Positions 57,089 to 64,000 of a DNA stretch of 64,000 nt are shown piece after piece (positions within the stretch are counted from its first letter, which is position 1; each line of letters opens with the position of its first letter). The stretch spans positions 24,597 through 88,596 of the forward strand of contig CAYZSL010000002.1 in the NCBI GenBank assembly GCA_964481125.1, given 5' to 3'. A model generated the notes under the pieces. It saw nothing but the letters and a program-made list of their open reading frames with translations, was not told where the DNA came from and searched no databases. This DNA is from an uncultured Candidatus Saccharibacteria bacterium (GTDB lineage Bacteria; Patescibacteriota; Minisyncoccia; Minisyncoccales; RBG-13-42-11). The position numbers and the translations under genes are program-made.

Positions 57089-57520
57089 TTATGAAGCCGG
57101 CTTGGCCTCAATGTGCCTTAATGGCTGGTTGACTTCATGCGCGCGGTGAGACGTAGCGACCTCTTCTTGGTCAGTGCCATCGAAGACATCAAATTTGTCC
57201 CTTATATGCCTAAAGAATGGCACCAATGGCGCTAAGAAAGCTGTCAGCAGAGCTAACACAGTAAGGAATATGAGAAATGCCGCAAAAAACGCTCCGAATG
57301 TGTTAACCAGACTGGGTAATGCTGGTTCCAGGATCCCGCCGTTGTATATTGGAGAAAGAACATCGCCACTAGGGCTGCTCAGCATGGCCGGCATTACGAC
57401 TGTTGCCTTACCAACGTCGATTGAGCTGTCAGCCTTAGCAGGTGTCGGTGTCAGGAGGACGGAGCAAGCTACTAGCAAAACTGCCAGTACCCCGAATATA
57501 GTCGGAAATCTTTCTCTCAT
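57089..57520 (-). CDS. GC-rich small lipoprotein-like membrane protein (hypothetical)
   Basis: 143 aa. SD AGGGAGG; signal peptide with LVAC lipobox-like site; one additional TM helix. At least 50% GC. Confidence 0.5.
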   Translation of the reverse strand: MRERFPTIFGVLAVLLVACSVLLTPTPAKADSSIDVGKATVVMPAMLSSPSGDVLSPIYNGGILEPALPSLVNTFGAFFAAFLIFLTVLALLTAFLAPLVPFFRHIRDKFDVFDGTDQEEVATSHRAHEVNQPLRHIEAKPAS

Positions 57521-57662
57521 TATGCCTCCCTTAACTTTGATAACGTTCCTCCGGTAAAATTAGGCGTTTCCACCTAAGATTAGGTTATTTTATATGGTCC
57601 CAAAATGCCTGTCAATGTGAATAACTTGAAAACAAATTAAATTTGAGATAAAAAGAATAGAC

Positions 57663-59600
57663 ATGTTCAAAATTGTCTCAAAATTCAAACCGACCGGCGA
57701 CCAACCGGAAGCGATAAAGAAACTGGTTAAAAACTTAAAAACTGGCATAAAACACCAGGTGCTTTTGGGCGTTACCGGCTCTGGTAAAACCTTTACCATG
57801 GCAAAAGCAATTGAAAAGATCCAGAAGCCGGTATTAATCATTTCTCACAACAAAACATTGGCTGCCCAACTATATCAAGAATTCAAAGAATTCTTTCCGA
57901 AAAACGCTGTCCATTACTTTGTTTCGTATTACGACTATTACCAGCCAGAAGCCTATATCCCTCAAACAGATACATATATTGAAAAAGACGCCAAAATTAA
58001 CGAAGAGATAGACAGACTAAGACATGCGGCCGTCCAAGATCTGTTATCAAGAAAAGACATCATTATTATTGCTTCGGTCTCCTGTATTTACAACATCGGT
58101 TCACCAGAAGACTACCAGCAGGTTTCCTTAGAAATAAAAACAGGCCAAAAATTAAAAAGAAAAGATTTGCTTTCCTGTTTAACCTCTCTCCAATATCAAA
58201 GGAATGATATTGATTTTAAACCTGGCACTTTCAGAATCAGAGGCAGCATAATCGAAATCTATTCTGTAACCGGAGAAGAAATAATACAAATTGAGCTTTC
58301 GGGCGACAGAATCGAAAGTATAAAAAGCAAGAACAGCATTATTGATTCTAAATACAAAAACATTAATTCTTTCAAACTATTTCCTGCTCACTTTTGGGTT
58401 ACTCCTCAAGAAAAGCTGAATATCGCCATTGAGAATATAAGATTGGAACTGCAAGAACAATTGAAAAAACTGAAAAAACAGAAAAAATTAGTTGAATGGC
58501 AAAAGCTAAACCAAAGAACGAATTATGATTTGGAAATGATGAAAGAAACCGGCTTTTGCCACGGCATTGAAAACTATTCCAGGCATTTGGAGTTCAGAAA
58601 ACCAGGGTCCCCTCCTTACGCCTTAATTAATTATTTCCCGAAAGACTTCTTGGTTTTTATCGACGAATCCCACATAACTATCTCGCAGTTAAAAGCCATG
58701 TCTGTCCAAGATAAAATAAGAAAAAAAACATTGATTGATTACGGATTCAGACTGCCTTCGGCCATCGATAATCGTCCGTTAAAATTCGATGAATTCGAAA
58801 AAAGCATTAACCGGACAATCTATGTTTCAGCTACGCCAGGAGAATATGAGAATTTAAAGATAAAGAACGACAAATCAAAACTGCTGGTTGAACAGCTGGT
58901 CAGGCCGACAGGACTATTAGAACCCTCAATTGAAATAAAACCGACCAAAAATCAAGTAAAAGACTTAATCAAAGAAATAAAACAAAGAATAGCAAAAAAA
59001 CAAAGAGTTTTGGTTTTAACCTTAACGAAAAGACTGGCTGAAGCTGTTTCCGATTACTTGACTGAAGAAGGAATTAAATCTAAATGGCTCCATTCGGAAA
59101 TCAAAACCATGGAAAGGCCTCAGATTCTTAAAAGCCTTAGAGAGGGGAAATATGACGTTCTGGTCGGCATCAATCTTTTAAGAGAAGGATTGGATTTACC
59201 GGAAGTCTCCTTAATCGCCATTTTAGACGCTGACAAAGAAGGCTTTTTAAGGTCAGAAACCACGTTAATCCAGACAATGGGAAGGGCTAGCCGCCATACT
59301 GAGGGCCATGTCATTCTTTACGCTGATAAAATTACCGGCTCTATGGCCAGAGCCATTAAAGAAATCGAAAGAAGGAGAAAAATCCAAGAAAAATACAATA
59401 AAAAGAACAAAATAATCCCAAAAGCCATTGTTAAAGCGATCAGAGACTGGCCATTTAACAAAAAGGAGGAAGTATCTACAGAATTTTGGCCGATTAGAGA
59501 CATAAAACTACTGGAAAAAGAAATGAAAACAGCTGCCAATAACTTAGATTTTGAAAAAGCAGCTGAAATTAGAGATTTAATCAAAAAACTCAAGAAATGA
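57663..59600 (+). CDS. uvrB: excinuclease ABC subunit B
   Basis: 645 aa. Walker A GVTGSGKT, beta-hairpin region and UVR domain at the C-terminus. Confidence 0.9.
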   Translation: MFKIVSKFKPTGDQPEAIKKLVKNLKTGIKHQVLLGVTGSGKTFTMAKAIEKIQKPVLIISHNKTLAAQLYQEFKEFFPKNAVHYFVSYYDYYQPEAYIPQTDTYIEKDAKINEEIDRLRHAAVQDLLSRKDIIIIASVSCIYNIGSPEDYQQVSLEIKTGQKLKRKDLLSCLTSLQYQRNDIDFKPGTFRIRGSIIEIYSVTGEEIIQIELSGDRIESIKSKNSIIDSKYKNINSFKLFPAHFWVTPQEKLNIAIENIRLELQEQLKKLKKQKKLVEWQKLNQRTNYDLEMMKETGFCHGIENYSRHLEFRKPGSPPYALINYFPKDFLVFIDESHITISQLKAMSVQDKIRKKTLIDYGFRLPSAIDNRPLKFDEFEKSINRTIYVSATPGEYENLKIKNDKSKLLVEQLVRPTGLLEPSIEIKPTKNQVKDLIKEIKQRIAKKQRVLVLTLTKRLAEAVSDYLTEEGIKSKWLHSEIKTMERPQILKSLREGKYDVLVGINLLREGLDLPEVSLIAILDADKEGFLRSETTLIQTMGRASRHTEGHVILYADKITGSMARAIKEIERRRKIQEKYNKKNKIIPKAIVKAIRDWPFNKKEEVSTEFWPIRDIKLLEKEMKTAANNLDFEKAAEIRDLIKKLKK

Positions 59601-59634
59601 AAATCCCCCACTAAAGGGGGAGTTTCAGTTAAGA

Positions 59635-61575
59635 TTATAATTTTTTATTCATAAAGTCTTTGAACCTCTGCCAGAAAGATTTGGGTTTTTTCTCTGGAGT
59701 TTCTTGCATGGCTTTCCACGCTTCTGCCATTCCACTTGGTACATGAATTTTTTCCCACGCTTCTTTATTTGCTTCTTCTGTTATTTCTTGTGCTTCTGAA
59801 TCCAAGGGAAAGGCTTCTTTCCATTTTTTAAGCTTTTCTTCTTCGGGCGATAGTTCAGCTTCAAGTTGGCTTTCTGTTCCGCCCAGTTTCTTTTTTAACT
59901 GCTCTTTTAAAAACCTAAAAAATGGAGTTTCAACGGAAAATCCCGATTGGGTTGGAAACTCTTTTTTATCTTTCTTTTTGTCGGTCAATTCACCATTTTC
60001 AGCCACAAACTTTCCCGTAGCGTTATCTATAAGCCAAGCTTTAGTGTGTAAATAATTATATTCTACTTTCCAGCCAAGCTTTCTTAAATAAGCGTCTTTG
60101 AGTACTTCGTAGTTGGGCTTTTCTCCGACAACATTTTTAATGCTTTCTTCAAATTCTTCAAACTGGCTTTTGGGCTTATCCTTCATGGCCCCTTTCAATG
60201 CTTCAAACTCGTCTCTTATCTTCTTCAAATCACTTAATCTTTGTGTCTTTTCCTCTTCAATATTAGAAGTTGGTATTTTGCCTTTCTTTTCGGCTTCCAA
60301 CAATGATCTTACTTCATTTTCCCATCTTGTAGGCATTTTTCTACGCATATTATCAATCTGTTCCTTTGTTACTCCTCTACTTGTATATTTTTCAATCATC
60401 ATGGCTTCGATTCTCTTGCGGTCTTCTTCGGCCACAGAATCTTTTTTAAATCCTTCAAATGAGGTTTCTTTTGCCCTACCCTTCCTTTTTCTTTCAACTT
60501 TCCCAGGCGCTTCTTTTTTTAGCATCTCAGCTTTTTGTCGTTTATCTTCCATCACCTTTATTGCAGCTCTTTCCATGTCAATCTTTGTTTGACGCTTCTC
60601 TACTTCTGATTTATTACCAATAGATGATGCTTTATCACGTAATCTTTCCCAGGCGTCAATATTTTTATTGGCCCTTTCTATCCTAATGTTATAAAAGTCA
60701 ATATCTTCTATGTCTGGAGGGTTTAACTCAACTTTTGGCTCAACCTTCTCGTCGGTGGAAGCATTTTCTGGTTTTGGAGGTTCTTTTGGTTCGCTTTCTA
60801 TATTATTATTTTTCATATTTTTATTTTTTTGATTATTTTTATTATCAATTGCCTCAAATTTTTTCCAGGCTTCCATAACGCTCATTTTATCAATATCTTC
60901 TTGAGGTATGTTATTTTTTAATAGAATGTTAAGTAATCTCCCATCCTTTACCGAGGGTTTTGCACCCCAATTATTAATTTTATCTATTTGCTTTCTTACC
61001 CATTCAAGCCCTTCTTCGCCCATCATATTTTCTATGTTTTTAATTGTCTTCTGAAGACTTTCTACTCTTGCCTCAGCTCTTTTCTTGAATTTACTGGGTG
61101 TGTCTTTAGAAGATATTATTTCATGCAAACGCTTAATTGCTTTTTTATTTAAATAATCAATTTTCTGTTCATTGGGTAATTCTACAATTCCATCTATCCA
61201 ATATTTAGTTGTAACTTCTTTAGGATCAAAGGCGACTATAGCTTTTTTCTCTTTAATTTTGTCTTTTCGTTTATCAGTAGAAAAATCATTCTTCTTTTCA
61301 GATTTTTCAATAGAATTAGATTCACCGATAGAACTTTTTTCCATGTAGCCATTATTTTCGTATTCTACTTTTTCTTCAAGCGGAACAATAATTTCCATTC
61401 CGTCTTTTTCCATCACTATTTTCTCGCCTTTTGACTCAGCTGATTCTCCTTGATCCCCTAAGGGAAATCCACTAGATAATTCGTCATCTGGTATTATTCT
61501 TTTGCCTTCTTTTTTTTTGCTTCCAATTGGATCTCCGTCTCTTGGTTCTTTCCAATTTCCGTGTCGTTCTCCCAT
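59635..61575 (-). CDS. large K/E-rich predicted coiled-coil protein (hypothetical)
   Basis: 646 aa. No TM helix, strongly charged, low complexity. Immediately downstream of the HerA/VirD4-like ATPase on the same strand. Confidence 0.5.
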   Translation of the reverse strand: MGERHGNWKEPRDGDPIGSKKKEGKRIIPDDELSSGFPLGDQGESAESKGEKIVMEKDGMEIIVPLEEKVEYENNGYMEKSSIGESNSIEKSEKKNDFSTDKRKDKIKEKKAIVAFDPKEVTTKYWIDGIVELPNEQKIDYLNKKAIKRLHEIISSKDTPSKFKKRAEARVESLQKTIKNIENMMGEEGLEWVRKQIDKINNWGAKPSVKDGRLLNILLKNNIPQEDIDKMSVMEAWKKFEAIDNKNNQKNKNMKNNNIESEPKEPPKPENASTDEKVEPKVELNPPDIEDIDFYNIRIERANKNIDAWERLRDKASSIGNKSEVEKRQTKIDMERAAIKVMEDKRQKAEMLKKEAPGKVERKRKGRAKETSFEGFKKDSVAEEDRKRIEAMMIEKYTSRGVTKEQIDNMRRKMPTRWENEVRSLLEAEKKGKIPTSNIEEEKTQRLSDLKKIRDEFEALKGAMKDKPKSQFEEFEESIKNVVGEKPNYEVLKDAYLRKLGWKVEYNYLHTKAWLIDNATGKFVAENGELTDKKKDKKEFPTQSGFSVETPFFRFLKEQLKKKLGGTESQLEAELSPEEEKLKKWKEAFPLDSEAQEITEEANKEAWEKIHVPSGMAEAWKAMQETPEKKPKSFWQRFKDFMNKKL

Positions 61576-61638
61576 ACTTGTTAAAAATTAAGGTTATTAA
61601 TTTCTTTTATTGTATAACAAAAATGTGCTTTTGTCAAC

Positions 61639-63978
61639 TTAGAAATATCCTTTCTGCATTCTCTTTAAAAGTTCATTTTCTACCACAGATAAATCTCTTC
61701 CATATTTTACTCGGGATAACTCTTTTATCAATTCTGCCACTTTCTCATTCGCTTGGCTTGGAGGAAAAGTGACGATATTGAAAGGATTGGAAGTTTCTCC
61801 GTTAATTAATAGCCTAATAGCGGCATTACGGTTATCAATATTAACCAGATCATTCTCATCAAAAACCGGCTCAAACTGGGTGACTAAGTATTTGGCGTCT
61901 TCCGGCCCCACCCTGAAGCAGACAATGGAGCCGACATTGCCGAAAATCGCTTTTCTAGTGTCCTCGTCAATCTGGCCGATAAACTGATGGGCCAAAACCA
62001 TGGCCAGCTTGTATTTTCTTGCTTCAGCCAAAGCAGAAGCAATGCTGCCGGTAGTGACGTTGTGAAACTCGTCTATATACAGATAAAAAGGCTTTCTCTT
62101 CTCTTCTTTCAAGTCAGCTCTGGACATGGCGGCAATAAGTATTTTGCCGACGATAATCATACCCAATAAGTACGAATTAAGGTCTCCTAATTTTCCTTTG
62201 GAAAGATTAACTATCAGAATCTTGCCCTGGTCCATAATTTCTCTGAAGTTTATTGATGATTGCTGCTGGGAAATAATAGGACGAACAAGGTCATTGGCCG
62301 TAAAAACGTTCATTTTACTGGTAATGTAGGGCACCATATTCGCCAAGGCTGCCTCGCCCCCTGCTTTTTCCGCCTCCTGCTCCCAGAAATTCTTAACCAC
62401 TATGTTCTTACAGCGGGACAGTTTGTACTTTCTGAAGTTGGTATCCGCCAAAACCCTTGGCACCTCGATTAAAGTGGTGCCTGAATCCGGATCTTCCATA
62501 ACCAATAAAAGAGCATTTCTCATATACTGCTCGAATATAGGACCGCCGAATCCCTGGGCTTTCATATTATATAACTTTTCAAAAATCTCCAGAATTTCAT
62601 TAACGACGAACGTTTTTGATTCCGGGTAATTCCGGTCGTATTCAAGTATGTTAAGACCGAGAGGCTTGGCAACATCTCCCGGATTGAAATAAATTACGTC
62701 TTCTGCCCTGGAAGCAGGAATCAGTCCCAAAACGCGCTCAGCCAAATCACCATGAGGGTCAATCAAAGCTACTCCCTGGCCGCTTTCAATATCCTGTCTA
62801 AGCATTTCCTGAATTAATACGGACTTACCCGTACCTGTCTGACCGACAATGTAAAAATGCCTTTGCCTGTCTTCGTCTGTGGTCCTTACTATTCTTTCCT
62901 CTGCCCGGAAAGCGCTCTTCCCGATATTTATTCCTTGCTCTGGAAGGTTGACCGGAGGCGCCACCTGCTTCATTTTAATCCATTTGATATTCGGGGTATG
63001 AAGGCTGGAAGCAGGCAAATGAAAAATCGTCGCCAATTCTCCAGAAGAAAAAACCATGGCTTCGCTCTCATTGAAAAGCCTGAAAGAAAATTTATAAAAA
63101 AGCTTTTTTAATTCTCTTTTAGCTGCGTGCTTGAATTTAAACTGATTTAAAAGAGGGGCGTTGAATTGTTCAAAAGAACTTTCTATTTCTCCGAGCATGC
63201 TTTTGGCCCTTATCTCGTTTTCGGCTGACACTAATATCCTTAAATTGACGTCGAATAAAGATTGGGAAGCTTTTGTGGAAATTGAAGCAATGGCTTCCTG
63301 CTGGGCCGGACCTATTTCTGTTCTATTAAAAGCGTCTTCCGGTTTTTTATCGTTTTTCGGAAAAAAAGTTTTACCCATGTCAGCGAAAAACCCAGATTTT
63401 TTAGCCTCAGACATAGCTGTATCGAAGTTTTTTCCTGATTGCAAAGCTTGTACCGCTTCAAAAGCCACCTTTTTAATTGATTTTTTACTCGACCTGAAAA
63501 GAATCTGAACAGCTGCTCCTTCCCCTTCTTTCTTTAATTTGGTAAGGGTGCTGGTTATCGAAGACAAAGGATCAACCTGAAAGTCTTTGTAGCTTTTAAT
63601 CGGCAAAATGGCTAAACTGCTCAAAGAAGCTTTGCTGCCGACAGAAGCGCCCTCCGGATTAAAAATATTGTAATCTTCAATCGACTGGACCTGGGCTTTC
63701 GGCCAAAAACCGAGAATCTGCTTTTCCATTATTTGGGAAAACTTGCGCGGGCAGGCAACATAAAAGAATATTTCTTCTTTGGCGTGATGAACGGCAATTT
63801 CAAAAACGAAATATGGATTGCCGAACAAAAAACGGGAGAATGCATTTTCCTCCCGAATGCCTGCCAAAGACGAAAAAAACTGTTCGCCGAGTTTCAAATA
63901 ATCCTGTAGGGGCATTTCTTTTTCTTTATCTACCTTCCCTTCATGGGGCAGAGTAATCATAAATAAAGAAAGATTCAT
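61639..63978 (-). CDS. FtsK/HerA-superfamily P-loop ATPase (VirD4/TraG-coupling-protein-like or HerA-like)
   Basis: 779 aa. Walker A IVGQTGTGKS, followed by LIDPHGD (the DPxGE box of HerA/TrwB), Walker B LYIDEFHN, and a VLAHQFIGQI Q-rich box. No N-terminal TM helices. Confidence 0.6.
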   Translation of the reverse strand: MNLSLFMITLPHEGKVDKEKEMPLQDYLKLGEQFFSSLAGIREENAFSRFLFGNPYFVFEIAVHHAKEEIFFYVACPRKFSQIMEKQILGFWPKAQVQSIEDYNIFNPEGASVGSKASLSSLAILPIKSYKDFQVDPLSSITSTLTKLKKEGEGAAVQILFRSSKKSIKKVAFEAVQALQSGKNFDTAMSEAKKSGFFADMGKTFFPKNDKKPEDAFNRTEIGPAQQEAIASISTKASQSLFDVNLRILVSAENEIRAKSMLGEIESSFEQFNAPLLNQFKFKHAAKRELKKLFYKFSFRLFNESEAMVFSSGELATIFHLPASSLHTPNIKWIKMKQVAPPVNLPEQGINIGKSAFRAEERIVRTTDEDRQRHFYIVGQTGTGKSVLIQEMLRQDIESGQGVALIDPHGDLAERVLGLIPASRAEDVIYFNPGDVAKPLGLNILEYDRNYPESKTFVVNEILEIFEKLYNMKAQGFGGPIFEQYMRNALLLVMEDPDSGTTLIEVPRVLADTNFRKYKLSRCKNIVVKNFWEQEAEKAGGEAALANMVPYITSKMNVFTANDLVRPIISQQQSSINFREIMDQGKILIVNLSKGKLGDLNSYLLGMIIVGKILIAAMSRADLKEEKRKPFYLYIDEFHNVTTGSIASALAEARKYKLAMVLAHQFIGQIDEDTRKAIFGNVGSIVCFRVGPEDAKYLVTQFEPVFDENDLVNIDNRNAAIRLLINGETSNPFNIVTFPPSQANEKVAELIKELSRVKYGRDLSVVENELLKRMQKGYF

Positions 63979-64000
63979 ACCCTGGTTAAGGAAAAATCTT

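Overview
Low-GC (~35%) bacterial chromosomal segment that looks like a reduced, CPR/Patescibacteria-style genome. Compact housekeeping genes lie mostly on the minus strand: six aminoacyl-tRNA synthetases (hisS, leuS, metG, glyQS, ileS, argS), lepB, pth, topA, tsaC, murA, glmS, iorAB, tatD, rsmI, recO, greA, polX, uvrB, elp3, and smpB-ssrA-infC-rpmI-rplT. There is a UDP-sugar biosynthesis cluster (GlmU-like, PMM/PGM, IMPase, YvcK/CofD), two tRNAs (Leu-CAA, Pro-CGG) and a canonical tmRNA that starts inside the smpB stop codon. Accessory or unusual content: (1) a ~5-kb array (12.99-18.05 kb) of paralogous secreted/membrane-anchored protein genes plus small Zn-ribbon proteins, punctuated by repeated cis elements (a GTTAGAAC-type box, a GGGGAGCTAA box, and hairpin + extended -10 modules). 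The array includes a GC-rich Cys-rich tandem-domain protein flanked by 65-73-bp direct repeats. (2) An AT-rich two-gene module next to tRNA-Pro: a Panacea (DUF4065)-domain protein plus an unknown 168-aa partner with a PD-(D/E)xK-like motif, a candidate undescribed toxin-antitoxin/defence pair. (3) A HerA/FtsK/VirD4-superfamily ATPase with a 646-aa K/E-rich partner at the right edge. (4) Three GC-rich structured noncoding regions of unresolved identity (2.5-3.0 kb, 6.7-7.1 kb, 39.9-40.3 kb). (5) A GC-rich PurF homologue whose catalytic N-terminal Cys is replaced by Ser. (6) A Pro-rich, tandem-repeat surface protein.
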